64,000 nucleotides of DNA from Methanobacteriota archaeon (GCA_027064425.1 JAMOPO010000015.1:96001-160000); one strand, 5' to 3'; positions 39,672 to 50,929 are shown, counted from the stretch's first letter. The notes: generated from the letters alone by a model not told the origin. Made by a program: numbers and translations.

Positions 39672-41290
39672 CCCCGGGGCTCGGTCTCCTCTAGATTGAC
39701 CACGGTCAGCCGCCGGCTCGGGTCCCGACCTCCCTTGCTCGGGTCGTACACTATAACCCTTCCCACGGTGGGCTCGATCCCGACCTTCCGCTGGAAGTCC
39801 GTCTGCTCCTGGAAAGTGGCGGTGGAGATCACGTCGCAGCCCCGCCAGTGGTGCAGCGCCTTGATGTGCGTGTGTCCCACGGCGAACACGTGCGGGAGCT
39901 TGTTCACCACCAGGTAATCCTCCGGGAGCGGGGCGATGGGCACGGACTCCCCGTACATCGGCACCAGGTGCCGGGCCCGGAGGCACGCCTCCGCCGCCCG
40001 ACGCACCCCGTTCGGGTCGTGCTCGGCGTCCGGCCGGCTCAGGATGATGTCGTCCAGCGACTGGCCGTGGAACATCAGGACGTCGAGCTCGCCGTGCAAC
40101 CGCACCAGGGCCGGGTTCGAGGGCAGGTGGACGCCGTCCAGCTCGGTCAGCGGCTGCGCCGGATCCGACGAGCGCAGGCTGGGCTGCGGCAGCGCCTGCC
40201 GGATCGCGTCGTGGTTGCCCGGGATGATCACAACCTCCACCCAGTCCGGAAACTCCTCCAGGTACCTCGCGAACCGCTCGTACTGTTGATCGATGTCCGG
40301 AATCTCCAGCTCGTCGCGCTGGCCGGGGTAGATGCCGATACCGTCCACCACGTCCCCGGTGACCAGAACGTACTTCACCCTGCCCGCGACGGGGTCGCTC
40401 GGGTCGTTCAGCCAGCGGATGAACCGCTCGAACAGGTCCTCCCGGAACCGCTTCGAGCCCACGTGCGTGTCTCCGATGAAGACCACCCGGATGTCGTCCT
40501 CGATCTTCGGCGCGCGGTTCTTCCGCGCCCCCTCGCCCGGGAGCACGATCTCCCCGTACTTATCCCCGACGAAGGCCACGAGCCCGCGCTGAATCTTGAC
40601 GAACGCCTTCACGCCGACGACCATTCCCGGGGCCACGTCACGCTCCACCTTCTCGAACGCCTCCGGAGCCTTGGACTTGGGCACGATCACCCGGATCTCG
40701 CCCGTCTCGTCCTCCAGCGTTATCACGTGAGCCCGCTCGGACCCACCCAGGTTCGTCACCACCCCCGCGAAGCAGTACACGCCCTCCTCCTTCCGGACCC
40801 TCATCGCCAGCTCCTTCAGCGAGTCCACCCACTCCTCGTCGAACATCCCGCGGATCTTCGGCCTGAGCCGCTCCAGCCGGTCCCGGAAGTGCTGAACGAA
40901 GCCCTCCACGCTGCCGTCCGCGGTCACGCTCTTGACCTCCTCGACGATCTCGACCTCCGCGTCCACCTCCGCCGCGGGCGGGGTCTCCGACCGCTGCTCC
41001 GCCCGGACCTCGACCTCCTCCCGGTCCTCCCGCTCGCCCTCCTCGGTTCTCTCCCGCTCTCGACCCCGCTCCAGGACCTCGTACACCTCGCCCTTGACAC
41101 CCTCGAGGAACTCGGGGTCCAGCTCGCCCGTGACCAGCTCCGCCGTGAGCACGGGCAAATCTATTTCATCGGCCCGCTCCAGCGCCTCCGGTGGGTCCTC
41201 GGACGATTCCAGCGCCTCCAGCGCCTCCGGGTCGAGCAGGACCCGGTGCTTCTTCGCCACCTCCCGGACCAGGTCCAGGCGCTCAGCCAC
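39668..41290 (-). CDS. DNA polymerase D small (proofreading) subunit DP1
   Basis: OB fold plus phosphoesterase DTHVGS, GDVVDGIGIYPGQ, PGNHD, HG, GHTH, FQEQTDFQ. Confidence 0.95.
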   Translation of the reverse strand: MAERLDLVREVAKKHRVLLDPEALEALESSEDPPEALERADEIDLPVLTAELVTGELDPEFLEGVKGEVYEVLERGRERERTEEGEREDREEVEVRAEQRSETPPAAEVDAEVEIVEEVKSVTADGSVEGFVQHFRDRLERLRPKIRGMFDEEWVDSLKELAMRVRKEEGVYCFAGVVTNLGGSERAHVITLEDETGEIRVIVPKSKAPEAFEKVERDVAPGMVVGVKAFVKIQRGLVAFVGDKYGEIVLPGEGARKNRAPKIEDDIRVVFIGDTHVGSKRFREDLFERFIRWLNDPSDPVAGRVKYVLVTGDVVDGIGIYPGQRDELEIPDIDQQYERFARYLEEFPDWVEVVIIPGNHDAIRQALPQPSLRSSDPAQPLTELDGVHLPSNPALVRLHGELDVLMFHGQSLDDIILSRPDAEHDPNGVRRAAEACLRARHLVPMYGESVPIAPLPEDYLVVNKLPHVFAVGHTHIKALHHWRGCDVISTATFQEQTDFQRKVGIEPTVGRVIVYDPSKGGRDPSRRLTVVNLEETEPRG

Positions 41291-41317
41291 CTCCGGCTAC
41301 CCCCCGGGGTGAGGGTC

Positions 41318-41929
41318 GTGGCCAAGCTGACCACGCTCGCGCTGAGAGCCCTCACGGCCGCGATCATCTTCGCGACGTCCACGGCCTCGGGGTTCCTCTT
41401 CGCGATATCACTATCCGGCAAGTCGCCCGTCGACATCTCGCTGGTGACGCGGGCGGCGAGCGACCTGGCGAGGGGCGACTACGACGCGCTGAGCCGCGAC
41501 CTCATGCTGGCGTACTCCCAGTTCATGACGAGCTTCAGCGCCGGGATGAAGCTCCTTCTGGAGTACGCCGGGCTCAAGGCGAAGGAGGTCAAGGAGAAGG
41601 TCCGGGAGCAGAGGTTCCGGTACCGCGTGAACGTCGCAAACGCGCAGGACGTCTGCGCCCGGCTGACCCAGCTGACGCACGTCGACGACATCGCCGGGGG
41701 CCGGCTCCAGGTCTACGCCGACACGAGCCCGGAGCCCGGGCGGCAGGCCCACGTTCTAATCAAGGCCATCGGGTACGTTGAGCGCGTGCGCGTGAAGGGC
41801 GAGACCATCGTGATCACTTCCACCCCGTACTACATAGAGGCGGAGGCCCTCGGGGTCTTTGACCGGAACGGCGACCTGATAATCAACGTCGACTCGATCC
41901 GGCTCAGGAAGGTGGAGCGTAAGTCATGA
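41318..41929 (+). CDS. Hypothetical membrane-anchored protein
   Basis: N-terminal TM helix; GGGGTGA SD before GTG. Confidence 0.65.
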   Translation: MAKLTTLALRALTAAIIFATSTASGFLFAISLSGKSPVDISLVTRAASDLARGDYDALSRDLMLAYSQFMTSFSAGMKLLLEYAGLKAKEVKEKVREQRFRYRVNVANAQDVCARLTQLTHVDDIAGGRLQVYADTSPEPGRQAHVLIKAIGYVERVRVKGETIVITSTPYYIEAEALGVFDRNGDLIINVDSIRLRKVERKS

Positions 41930-42498
41930 AGCTCCCGCAGAGCTCGCTCGCCGGGATGAGGAGAACGGTGGCGAGGCTGTGCCGCGAGCTCCACCGGCTG
42001 GGCCTCACGGCCGGGGGCGCGGGCAACGTCAGCGTGTGCCGCCGGGAGCGCGTCGCGGTGTCCCCGTCCGGGTTCCGGCTGGCGGACGTGAGGCCGCGCC
42101 ACGTCCCGGTGATCGACGTGGAGTCGGGGGAGACGGTGGTCGGCGTCCACGAGCCCACCTCGGAGCTCCCGCTCCACCTGACCGTCTACGAGCGCGTGGG
42201 CGAGGGCGTGGTGCTCCACTTCCACTCGCGGTGGGTCACCGAGCTGGCCCACGCCGGCAAAGAAATAGAGCCGACGGAGGATCTGCGGAGGCTGGCGGGC
42301 AAGGTGGAATGGATCGATTACCACCCACCCGGGAGCGAGGAGCTGGCCGAGGCGGTGGGTCGGGTGGCTAAGAAGCCGATGGCGGCCGTGCTGGAGCGCC
42401 ACGGGGGGCTGGTCGTGGGGGAGGAGCCGCGGGAGGCGCTATCGATCGCGGAGGCGTTGGAGGAGGCGGCGCGGTTGTCCGTCAGACCTCGTCCTTGA
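41926..42498 (+). CDS. Class II aldolase/adducin-family protein
   Basis: GNVS, SPSG, PTSELPLH, HFHS, HGG. Confidence 0.88.
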   Translation: MKLPQSSLAGMRRTVARLCRELHRLGLTAGGAGNVSVCRRERVAVSPSGFRLADVRPRHVPVIDVESGETVVGVHEPTSELPLHLTVYERVGEGVVLHFHSRWVTELAHAGKEIEPTEDLRRLAGKVEWIDYHPPGSEELAEAVGRVAKKPMAAVLERHGGLVVGEEPREALSIAEALEEAARLSVRPRP

Positions 42499-42751
42499 CC
42501 TGCTCCAGCGTGGCGATCACCTGCAGCAGCACGGTCCTGGCGTACTCGGGGGTGTTCTGGTCGTTCACCACCTCCTCCAACGTGGATATAGCCGTGCTGG
42601 CCCTGACGCCGGGCGACTGCCCCTCCTCCTTCAGCGCCTTAATCGCCTGCTTGGCGGCCCGCCGTACGTTCCTGGGGATCTGGTCGTCCTGGACAATTCG
42701 CTCCTCAAGGAGCGTACAACACTGCTCGAACTTCTCCTCGTAGTCCGACAA
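42482..42751 (-). CDS. UPF0147-family protein
   Basis: IPRNVRRAA...VRASTAIS.LEE..ND.N.P..ART. Confidence 0.88.
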   Translation of the reverse strand: MSDYEEKFEQCCTLLEERIVQDDQIPRNVRRAAKQAIKALKEEGQSPGVRASTAISTLEEVVNDQNTPEYARTVLLQVIATLEQVKDEV

Positions 42752-42837
42752 GTCGCCACCCCCCGAGCCGCCGGTCGCCCGTCCGAGGTAACCTTGAAAA
42801 AATTTTTCGGAAGTTACGCCTCCGGGGGCTCTCCGGC

Positions 42838-43323
42838 GTGAAATCCAAGATCAATCGGGAAGTAATCGAGGTGCTCATGGACGTTTACGGCCTTACAGAA
42901 CGGCAAGCCACGGTTTCCGTTATGCGCTCCGAAGGGATGTCGTACAGGGAGATCGCCGAGGAGCTCGGGATCACGGTGTCGGGAGTCAGGAATCACTTAG
43001 AGCAGGCTAGAATGAAGATGAAAGTTGACAACGACTTCGAAATAGCACGGATCGTCGGACGGCTTGAGGTCAGCCTCGGGCCTGCCCTGGTGATCGCCAT
43101 AGTACCGGTGGAGAAATCGGAGGACGTGATCAACCGGCTGATCCAGGAGGGTGAAGGAGTGACCGAGATGACGGGCCGGGGCGGCTACACCGGCGAGGAG
43201 CAGTCCGTTCTGTTCATTATCACGGAGGACGAGGACAAGGTCAAGGAGATCATCGAGGAAGAGGTGGGCGACAAGGTCCCGATGTTCATCATGCGAACAC
43301 CGTACGCTGCGCTCGCCCCGTAG
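42838..43323 (+). CDS. HTH (LuxR/sigma-r4-like) plus PII-like DUF2179 domain protein
   Basis: LTERQ...SYREIAEELGITVSGVRNHL; GVT...GRGGYTGEE. Confidence 0.75.
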   Translation: MKSKINREVIEVLMDVYGLTERQATVSVMRSEGMSYREIAEELGITVSGVRNHLEQARMKMKVDNDFEIARIVGRLEVSLGPALVIAIVPVEKSEDVINRLIQEGEGVTEMTGRGGYTGEEQSVLFIITEDEDKVKEIIEEEVGDKVPMFIMRTPYAALAP

Positions 43324-43340
43324 GGGGTGAGCGCCCGGGG

Positions 43341-43940
43341 ATGAACATCAAGCGGTCCGACCTGGACAGGATGGCGGAGAAGCTCCTCGCCGGGTACAAG
43401 ATGCTCGGCATTCACTGCCCCGACTGCAAGGCACCGCTCTTTCAGCACCCCAAGACCAAGGAGGTCACGTGCCCCGTCTGCGGGGCCAAGTTCGAGGTAG
43501 TCAAAGGCAAGCTGACGATGGTCGAGGAGGGCGAGAAGAGGGAGGTCGAGAAGCGAGAGGGGGAGGCCGAGAGCGCTGAGGCCGGGGCGGAGGAAGAGGA
43601 GGAGCCAGAGGAGGTCGAAGAAGAGGAAGAGGAGACCGCCGAGGAGGAAGGGGAGGAAGGCGGGGAAGAGGCTGAGGAGGCCGAGGAGTCGGAGGAGGGC
43701 GAGGAGGAGGCTGAGGAAGAAGAGGAGGCGTCCGCCGAGTCCGAGGAGGCCGCTGAGGAGGCGGGGCAGCCGGAGGTCACCGCTGAGCCCGGCGAGGTCA
43801 GCGAGAGCGACCTGAGGGACGCCGTCATGAACGTGGTCAAGGTGTGGCTCGACCGGGCCGCCAGGACCGAGGACCCGGACGAGGCCGTGCGGGACCTGAA
43901 GGTTGCCAAGGAGGCGCTCAAGCTCCTCCAGCGTCTGTAG
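43341..43940 (+). CDS. UPF0148/autoantigen-p27-like Zn-ribbon protein with acidic linker
   Basis: G.KML..HCPDC.APLF...CPVC; long Glu tract. Confidence 0.82.
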   Translation: MNIKRSDLDRMAEKLLAGYKMLGIHCPDCKAPLFQHPKTKEVTCPVCGAKFEVVKGKLTMVEEGEKREVEKREGEAESAEAGAEEEEEPEEVEEEEEETAEEEGEEGGEEAEEAEESEEGEEEAEEEEEASAESEEAAEEAGQPEVTAEPGEVSESDLRDAVMNVVKVWLDRAARTEDPDEAVRDLKVAKEALKLLQRL

Positions 43941-45057
43941 GGTCGCCTTCGTCGGCGTAATCAACCGCCAGTTCTGCGAGCTCTGGTCAGAGGACGACGC
44001 CTGCTCGGTGCAGTTTTACGATCCGGCGGATCAGCCCGGGCCGGTGATCCCGTACGTCCGGGAGGGCCCGGGCCGGGTACTACCGCCGTTCAGGCCGCCG
44101 TCCCCCGGCTGGATCGAGGAGCAGCTGGAGGCGCTGGAACCGGAGGTGATCGTCCCCACGGCCGAGTTCGCCGCCGAACCCGCTCACCGAGCGGCCAGGC
44201 GACTCGGAGCCGAGTACGCGGGCAACCCTCCCCGAGTGGTGAGGAAAGCCAGCGACAAGTGGGAGCTCTACCGGCGACTGTCGGACTCGGTCCCGATGCC
44301 CGAGACGTCACGGGACCCATCGGAGGTGCCCGGGCGCACGATCGTCGAAAAGCCCGTAAGCGGAGCGGGCGGCCTGGGCGTACGCAGGGTCAGGAAGGAG
44401 GAGGCCGAGCCCCGGCCCGGCGTCATCTTCCAGCGGTTCCTCCGCGGTCGCCACCTGAGCGCGCTGTTTCTGGCCGACGGTTCCGACGCCGTCCTCCTCT
44501 CCGTCAACGACCAGCTGGTGGATCTCAACGGGGGCTACGCCTACCGGGGCAACCTCGTCCCCTCCCCACTCCACCTCGTGCCTCACGTGCGCCGGCAGGT
44601 GGAGCGAGTTTGCCGGGCCGTGACCGAGGAGCTGGGACTGGTCGGGCTGAACGGCGTGGACGGCGTCCTGGAGGACAACACCTTCTACCTCGTGGAGGTC
44701 AACCCGCGCCCCACCGCGGCCGTGGAGTGCCTGGCCCGGGTCTCCGAGGTCGACCTTTTGCGCGCCCACGTTTCCGCCTGTCAGGGAGAGGTTGACGTCG
44801 GTCGAGCCCGGATTCGGGGCTGGTCCTGTAAGAGAGTCGTCTACGCGCCCGAGACGGTCCGGATCGGCCGGCTGGTGGGAGCCCGAGACCTGCCCAAGCC
44901 GGGCACGATCGTGCCCGGAGGTGAGCCCGTTTGCACGGTCATCGCCTCCTCCTCGACGCCCTCAGCCGCCTCAAGGCTGGCCAGGAGGATGGAACGGTGG
45001 GTCCTCCGGAGGCTAGAGCCTGCGTCGTCGACGCCACTCACGGAGGGGTGGTACTGA
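43903..45057 (+). CDS. ATP-grasp enzyme
   Basis: AGN, DK, KPVSGAGG, QRFL.G, GLNGVD, EVNPR, GEPVCTV; start uncertain. Confidence 0.85.
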   Translation: MPRRRSSSSSVCRVAFVGVINRQFCELWSEDDACSVQFYDPADQPGPVIPYVREGPGRVLPPFRPPSPGWIEEQLEALEPEVIVPTAEFAAEPAHRAARRLGAEYAGNPPRVVRKASDKWELYRRLSDSVPMPETSRDPSEVPGRTIVEKPVSGAGGLGVRRVRKEEAEPRPGVIFQRFLRGRHLSALFLADGSDAVLLSVNDQLVDLNGGYAYRGNLVPSPLHLVPHVRRQVERVCRAVTEELGLVGLNGVDGVLEDNTFYLVEVNPRPTAAVECLARVSEVDLLRAHVSACQGEVDVGRARIRGWSCKRVVYAPETVRIGRLVGARDLPKPGTIVPGGEPVCTVIASSSTPSAASRLARRMERWVLRRLEPASSTPLTEGWY

Positions 45058-46160
45058 GCGACGCCCTGCACGAGCTGGGACTGGACGTCGTCCTCGTCGA
45101 CGTGTACGACACCCTCGAGGAACCCCGGGAGTACCCGGTGGTCCGGCGCGCGTTCGGGAGCTACGACCTCGTCGCCGTGCCGGTTCACTGCGGCGTGGAC
45201 TTCGGGCCCGTGCGGGGGCCGAGGGTCACTCACCACGCGCTGGCCGGGGCGCTGGCGTCCGGGGTCAAAGAGGGACCGCTCTTCGAGGTCACCGGGGTGC
45301 GCGGGAAGACCACCACCGCGACGTACCTCGCGCGGATACTGGAGGAGGCCGGCCACGATCCGGCCGTATCGACGACCGATGAGTCCCCGGTGGGCCGGCC
45401 CTCGGTGACCCCCGCCCGGGTGCTCGAGGTGGTGGAGGGGTGCCGACCACCCTACGTCTGCGAGGTCTCGCTGGGAGTCACCGTCGCGGCGGACTGGGCG
45501 GTGTTCACCGGCGCGCCGTACGATTACAAGATCGCTCAGGGACGCGAGTCGGCCGTCCGGGCCAAGGTCCGGACGATCGAGGAGGCGCTGGAGTGGGGAG
45601 CGAGGGTGATCGTCGAGGCCCGAAAGGGCGTCAGAGTCGGGCTGCGGGGGCCCGGAGTGGTCCGGGTGGAGGTAAGGCCCGGACGCGCCCGGGCTCCCGG
45701 TCTCTCCCTGGAGTGGGAGCCGTTCGGGATCGCCTTCCACGACCGCTGCTTTGGGCTGGCGGCGGTCACCGCCGTGCTCTCCGGCCTGGCGGACGGGGAG
45801 GACGTGTCGGCGGCCCGGGAGCGGGGCTTCGCGCGCGGTAGGCTGGAGCTCCGAGACGGTGAGCTCGTGGACGCTCACCCCGCGGTGAACGAGGAGACGG
45901 TGGAGTACGCCCTCCGCGTCGCCGCGGATCGATGGTCGGAGTTCGGGGTGGTGATCGGGGGTGATCCGGGCGGGTACTGCGAGGGCGTGGACGTGGACCG
46001 CGTCGCACGGGTGCTGGAGCGATGGGTGAGGTCCGGTCGGGTGGTTGGGGTCGAGTTCGTGGGCAAGCTTGGGGAGGCGGTTCGGCGCCGGCTGGAGGTG
46101 GATGTGGGAGAGATTCCGCCCGGGGTGCCGGTGGTCCGGATAATCCGCAAAGGAGATTAA
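44997..46160 (+). CDS. cfbE: Coenzyme F430 synthase (Mur-ligase-like)
   Basis: [33 protein letters not shown]...CEG. Confidence 0.8.
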   Translation: MGPPEARACVVDATHGGVVLSDALHELGLDVVLVDVYDTLEEPREYPVVRRAFGSYDLVAVPVHCGVDFGPVRGPRVTHHALAGALASGVKEGPLFEVTGVRGKTTTATYLARILEEAGHDPAVSTTDESPVGRPSVTPARVLEVVEGCRPPYVCEVSLGVTVAADWAVFTGAPYDYKIAQGRESAVRAKVRTIEEALEWGARVIVEARKGVRVGLRGPGVVRVEVRPGRARAPGLSLEWEPFGIAFHDRCFGLAAVTAVLSGLADGEDVSAARERGFARGRLELRDGELVDAHPAVNEETVEYALRVAADRWSEFGVVIGGDPGGYCEGVDVDRVARVLERWVRSGRVVGVEFVGKLGEAVRRRLEVDVGEIPPGVPVVRIIRKGD

Positions 46161-46195
46161 GCCGGGCGCCCGGGGCGCCGGGAGGGGCGGCGAGC

Positions 46196-46669
46196 TTGTC
46201 GGACGTGCAGCGGGAGTTCGTGATGATCAAGCCGGACGGCGTCGTTCGTGGGCTGGTTGGCGAGATCATCCGGCGGCTGGAGCGGAAGGGCCTGAAGATC
46301 GTGGCGATGCAGATGATGCAGTTGGATCGGGAGACGGCGGAGGAGCTCTACGCGGAGCACCGGGACAAGCCGTTCTTCGAGGACCTCGTGGAGTACGTGA
46401 CCTCTGGCCCCGTGGTGGCGATGATCGTCGAGGGGCGGGAGGCGGTTAAGGTGGTCAGGAACATCATCGGAGCCACCGATCCAGTGGAGGCGGACCTGGG
46501 CACGATCCGGGGGGACTTCGCGATGGACATCGGTCGGAACGTGGTGCACGCGGCGGACTCACCGGAGTCCGCGGAGCGGGAGATCAAGGTCGTGTTCGGC
46601 GAGGACCCGCCGATCGTGGAGTACGAGCGGTGCGACGAGAGGTGGCTGTACGAGGAGAAGAAGGAGTAA
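46196..46669 (+). CDS. ndk: Nucleoside diphosphate kinase
   Basis: IKPDGV.RGL.GEII, GTIRGDF, NVVH. Confidence 0.96.
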   Translation: MSDVQREFVMIKPDGVVRGLVGEIIRRLERKGLKIVAMQMMQLDRETAEELYAEHRDKPFFEDLVEYVTSGPVVAMIVEGREAVKVVRNIIGATDPVEADLGTIRGDFAMDIGRNVVHAADSPESAEREIKVVFGEDPPIVEYERCDERWLYEEKKE

Positions 46670-47983
46670 CTACAAGAGCCGCTCCAGGTGCTCGAGGAAC
46701 TCGTCCAGGCGGTCCGCGGGGATCTCGGCCCCGGCCGCCCGCTCGTGCCCCCCACCCTCACCGCCGACCTTCTCCGCGGCCTCACTCGCGAGCTCGCCCG
46801 CGTCCGCGTCGCTGCCCTCGGGACACCGGACTGAGACCTTGACGGTCTCGTCATCCAGCCTCGAGACGCCCACCACCACCCGATCCTCGTTCTCGCACAC
46901 GATCTGAGAGACGATCCCGATCACGGTGGGCGGGATGTCCAGGCTACACCCGTCGATCAGCAGGTAACCGTCCCGCTCCTCCACCCCTCGACCCCGCTCG
47001 AGCTTGGACAGGGCCTCACGGATCACGGCTTTGTGCTTCCGCCGGAGGCGCTTGGCTCGGTCGAGGTGGTCCCAAGAGCCCATCGCGACGAGCAGACCGA
47101 TCCAGCCCTCCCCGTACCGACCGCAGGAGTTGAGCAGCGTCGCCGTCTCGAGCGGGTCCTTCAACGCCGTGAGTGGGCGCTCGTCGCGGAACACGTGAAT
47201 GTATCCCATCCGTCCGTTCAGGTCCGTCAGCCGGGAGTGCTCCTCCACGATCTCTGACTCCTCCTCCCCCGGGATGTCGACCGGAGGTCGGTCCAGCTCC
47301 CCGAACCTCGACTCGAGCGCCCGTCGCACGTCGGGCCCGGAGAGCGTCTCCACGATCTCCCCCACGGTCATGGTGGCGCGGCCGAACGTCCAGTAGGCTG
47401 GGTCCCGAGGCTCCACGATCTCGGCCTCCTCCCCGTCTCGCTCCGGGATTCGGTTCAGGCCGCGGACCCCTCGCCGGTCCGCCTGGTTGTCCCCGTAGGC
47501 TCCCACCAGGGCCGCCTTGGGCAGCTCCGTCCGCTCCAGCTTGACGAGGGTCTTGCACAGCAGGTAGGTGACGGTGGACGCGGAGGCCTCAGTCCCGCCG
47601 TCGAACCCGCACTCGCGCGGGTTGACTAGGGTGACGTTGCTGGGCACCTCCTCCGAGACCTCGTGGTGGTCAACGACCAGCACGGGGTCGTCCGCGGAGA
47701 GCTTCCGCAGGATGCCGCTCCCCATGTCCAGGATCACCGTCGGTCCGTCGATCCCCTCCTTGAGCACGTCGGACTCGTTGTCCAGCACGCGGATCGCGGC
47801 CGGGATCTCGAGGCAGCGCAGGGTGAACGCCAGGATGGCACCGGCGGAGAGACCGTCCGCGTCGTTGTGCGTGTAAACCCGAAGCGCGTGTCCCTTTAAC
47901 TCCGTGAGCAGGTCGGCCCCCTCGCCCAGGAGTCTCTCCAGCTCGTCCCAGCGGCTCTCGCTCAAGGTATCTCCCCTTTTCAC
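46670..47983 (-). CDS. RecJ-like DHH/DHHA1 phosphoesterase
   Basis: HNDADG, DMG, DHH, GGGHERAAG; adjacent to rps15. Confidence 0.9.
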   Translation of the reverse strand: MKRGDTLSESRWDELERLLGEGADLLTELKGHALRVYTHNDADGLSAGAILAFTLRCLEIPAAIRVLDNESDVLKEGIDGPTVILDMGSGILRKLSADDPVLVVDHHEVSEEVPSNVTLVNPRECGFDGGTEASASTVTYLLCKTLVKLERTELPKAALVGAYGDNQADRRGVRGLNRIPERDGEEAEIVEPRDPAYWTFGRATMTVGEIVETLSGPDVRRALESRFGELDRPPVDIPGEEESEIVEEHSRLTDLNGRMGYIHVFRDERPLTALKDPLETATLLNSCGRYGEGWIGLLVAMGSWDHLDRAKRLRRKHKAVIREALSKLERGRGVEERDGYLLIDGCSLDIPPTVIGIVSQIVCENEDRVVVGVSRLDDETVKVSVRCPEGSDADAGELASEAAEKVGGEGGGHERAAGAEIPADRLDEFLEHLERLL

Positions 47984-48031
47984 CCCCTGGAATCGTTAAC
48001 TGGCTCGTAACAATTCGGGCCGGGGGCCGGC

Positions 48032-48481
48032 CTACTCGACGTGCAGGGCCTCCGGGTCGTACTTCCAGTCCTTGGGCAGCTTGCCCTTCCGCTTGTAGTA
48101 CTTCACCAGTCGGTGGATCTTGGACTCGATCAGCTGCAGTCCCCGCTTCGAGTGCAGGTCCTTCGGGTGCCGCTTCAGGTGCTCGCGGAGCCGCTTGGCC
48201 CGCCGGATGAGGTTCAGCAGGTCCTCCGGGATCTCCGGCGCGAGCCCGTGCTCCTCCAGGATCTCGGTGATCTTCTTACCCGTAATCAGCTTCACGTCCG
48301 GGATCCCGTACTCGTCGCGCAGCTTGATGCCGATCATCGAGGGCTCGTAGCCCTGCTTGGCCAGGTCGACGACCAGGCTCTCCACCTCCTCCGGCGAGTA
48401 CTCGACCCACGAGGGCGGGGTCACGCGCGGTGGCCGGGTTGAGCCTGACTTGCCCTTGTCCCGGGAGTGCATGCGGGCCAT
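48032..48481 (-). CDS. rps15: 30S ribosomal protein S15
   Basis: MARMHSR.KGKSGS, PEDL, ESKIHRL.KYYK. Confidence 0.97.
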   Translation of the reverse strand: MARMHSRDKGKSGSTRPPRVTPPSWVEYSPEEVESLVVDLAKQGYEPSMIGIKLRDEYGIPDVKLITGKKITEILEEHGLAPEIPEDLLNLIRRAKRLREHLKRHPKDLHSKRGLQLIESKIHRLVKYYKRKGKLPKDWKYDPEALHVE

Positions 48482-48484
48482 GGC

Positions 48485-49048
48485 CTATCGCCCCGCGTGG
48501 CGCTTGAACCATCTGGCGAACCTCTCGAGAGCCCGGGCCCTGTGCGACATTTTACATTTTTCCTCAACGCCTAGCTCGGCGAACGTTTTTTCTTGACCCT
48601 CCGGGATGAAGATCGGATCGAACCCGAAGCCCTCCTTGCCCCGGGGTTCCTCCGCGATCCTGCCCTCGATCTCGCCCGTGAAGGTCACGGGCTTCTCGCC
48701 CGGCTCGCAGTAGCCGACCACCGAGATGAACCGCGCCGTCCGGTCCTCCTCGCCCTCGAGCAGCTTCAGGATCCCCTCGTTCCCGATCGTGTCGAACACG
48801 TAGGCGGAGTACGGACCCGGGAACCCGTTCAGGGCGTCCACGAACAGGCCCGAGTCCTCGACGATCACCGGCTTGCCCAGGGACTCGGCGCAGTACCGGG
48901 CCCCGTACGCCGCGATCTCCTCCAGGCTGTCCGACTGCAGCTCCGGGTAGTCCACGTCCACGCGCTCCGCCTCGATCCCGTGATCCTCGAGGATGTCTCG
49001 CATCTCCCGGAACTTGTCCCGGTTTCCGGTGGCGACGAGGATCTTCAA
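48485..49048 (-). CDS. rdgB: XTP/dITP diphosphatase (HAM1/RdgB)
   Basis: ATGN..K, EDSGL, FPGPYS, GFGFDPIF, SHR. Confidence 0.94.
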   Translation of the reverse strand: MKILVATGNRDKFREMRDILEDHGIEAERVDVDYPELQSDSLEEIAAYGARYCAESLGKPVIVEDSGLFVDALNGFPGPYSAYVFDTIGNEGILKLLEGEEDRTARFISVVGYCEPGEKPVTFTGEIEGRIAEEPRGKEGFGFDPIFIPEGQEKTFAELGVEEKCKMSHRARALERFARWFKRHAGR

Positions 49049-49132
49049 CCGGCCGCCCCCCACCCAACGTTTAAATTCCGAGTGCAGTTCGGCTTGCAGC
49101 CCATTGGAGGACCGCTGGGGGTCGGTTCGGCA

Positions 49133-50929
49133 TTGAGTGAAGACAAGCGGGTAATCAGGCAACCGATAATATCGGTGCTGGGACACGTGGACCACGGTAA
49201 GACGACGCTCCTGGACAAGATCAGGGGCACGGCCGTTGCCGCCAAGGAGGCTGGTGGCATCACTCAACACATCGGCGCGTCGGAGATCCCGCTGGACGTG
49301 ATAAAGGAGATTTGCGGTCCCCTGCTCGAGCAACTCGACGTGGAGATCACGATCCCCGGCCTCCTGTTCATCGACACGCCCGGCCACGAGGCCTTCACCA
49401 ACCTCCGCCGCCGCGGCGGCGCCCTCGCGGACATCGCGATCCTAGTCGTCGACGTCATGGAGGGCGTCATGCCGCAGACCGAGGAGGCGCTCCGGATCCT
49501 CCGGCGCTACAAGACGCCGTTCGTGGTCGCCGCGAACAAGGTGGACCGGATCCCGGGCTGGAAGTCGCACGAGGATGCGCCCTTCACGGAGTCGTTCCAG
49601 AAGCAGTCCCCGGAGGTCCAGAAGCGGCTGGAGGAGAAGATCTACGAGCTCATCGGCCAGCTCCACCAGCACGGGTTCCAGGCGGAGCGGTTCGACCGCG
49701 TCCGCGACTTCACGCGCACGGTGGCCATCGTGCCCACGAGCGGGATCACCGGTGAGGGCATCCCCGAGCTCCTCATGGTCGTGACCGGACTCGCCCAGCG
49801 GTTCCTGGAGGAGCAGCTCAAGATCGAGGTGAGCGGACCCGGCAAGGCCGCGATCCTGGAGGTCAAGAAGGAGCCGGGTCTAGGCCACACGGTGGACGCG
49901 ATCCTCTACGACGGGATCATCAAGACGGGCGACAAGATCGTCATCGGTCACCCGGAGGAGCCGATCGTCACCCGGGTCCGCTCGCTGCTGAAGCCCAAGC
50001 CGCTGGACGAGATGCGCGATCCAAGCGACAAGTTCCGGAAGGTGGACGAGGTGAGCGCCGCGGCCGGTGTGAAGATCAGCGCCCCCGAGCTCGACCGGGC
50101 GATCGCGGGCGCCCCGCTGCGGGTCGTCGGCGAGGACGAGGACGTGGAGGAGGTCGTGGAGGAGGTGCAGCGCGAGGTCGAGGAGGTCACGATCGAGACG
50201 GACAAGGACGGGATCATCATCAAGGCGGACACGCTGGGCACGCTGGAGGCCGTGGTGGGTGAGTTCAAGGAGAAGGAGGTGCCGATCCGGCGCGCCGACG
50301 TGGGCGACATCACGAAGGAGGACGTGATCGAGGCGCACGCGGTCGCCGAGAAGGACCCGCGACTGGGCGTGATCGTCGGGTTCAACGTGGGCATCACCGA
50401 GGAGGCCAAGGAGCTAGCGGACGAGTACGACGTGGACATCATCGTGGACGACGTGATCTACGAGCTGGTCGAGAAGTACGAGGAGATGATCGAGGAGCGG
50501 ATCAAGCGGGAGCGCCGCAAGCGCCTCGACGAGCTCGTTCGGCCGGGCAAGATCAAGGTCCTGCCCGGCTACATCTTCCGCCAGAGCAAGCCGGCGATCG
50601 TGGGCATCAAAGTCCTCGGCGGCGTCATCAAGCCCGGGTACCCACTCATGCGCGAGGACGGCCGGGAGCTGGGCGAGATCAAGCAGATACAGTCACACGG
50701 TGAGCCGCTCGAGGAGGCCAAGAAGGGCGACGAGGTCGCCATCTCGATCGAGGGACCGATCGTGGGCCGGCACTTCGACGAGGGTGACATCCTGTACACC
50801 GACGTGCCCTCGGAGCACGCGAAGCAGATGTTCGAGGAGTTCTGGGACCTGCTGACCGAGGACGAGAAGGAGGTGCTGAAGGAGATCGCGGAGATTAAGC
50901 GCGAGGAGGACCCGTTCTACGGGACGTAA
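49133..50929 (+). CDS. infB: Translation initiation factor aIF5B (IF-2)
   Basis: [32 protein letters not shown]. Confidence 0.97.
   Translation: MSEDKRVIRQPIISVLGHVDHGKTTLLDKIRGTAVAAKEAGGITQHIGASEIPLDVIKEICGPLLEQLDVEITIPGLLFIDTPGHEAFTNLRRRGGALADIAILVVDVMEGVMPQTEEALRILRRYKTPFVVAANKVDRIPGWKSHEDAPFTESFQKQSPEVQKRLEEKIYELIGQLHQHGFQAERFDRVRDFTRTVAIVPTSGITGEGIPELLMVVTGLAQRFLEEQLKIEVSGPGKAAILEVKKEPGLGHTVDAILYDGIIKTGDKIVIGHPEEPIVTRVRSLLKPKPLDEMRDPSDKFRKVDEVSAAAGVKISAPELDRAIAGAPLRVVGEDEDVEEVVEEVQREVEEVTIETDKDGIIIKADTLGTLEAVVGEFKEKEVPIRRADVGDITKEDVIEAHAVAEKDPRLGVIVGFNVGITEEAKELADEYDVDIIVDDVIYELVEKYEEMIEERIKRERRKRLDELVRPGKIKVLPGYIFRQSKPAIVGIKVLGGVIKPGYPLMREDGRELGEIKQIQSHGEPLEEAKKGDEVAISIEGPIVGRHFDEGDILYTDVPSEHAKQMFEEFWDLLTEDEKEVLKEIAEIKREEDPFYGT

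Noticed and set aside
43550-43780. GAG-rich low-complexity tract
   Set aside because: Encodes an acidic linker; not a DNA repeat element
49133-50929. Intein in aIF5B
   Set aside because: Normal length (~598 aa) with contiguous motifs
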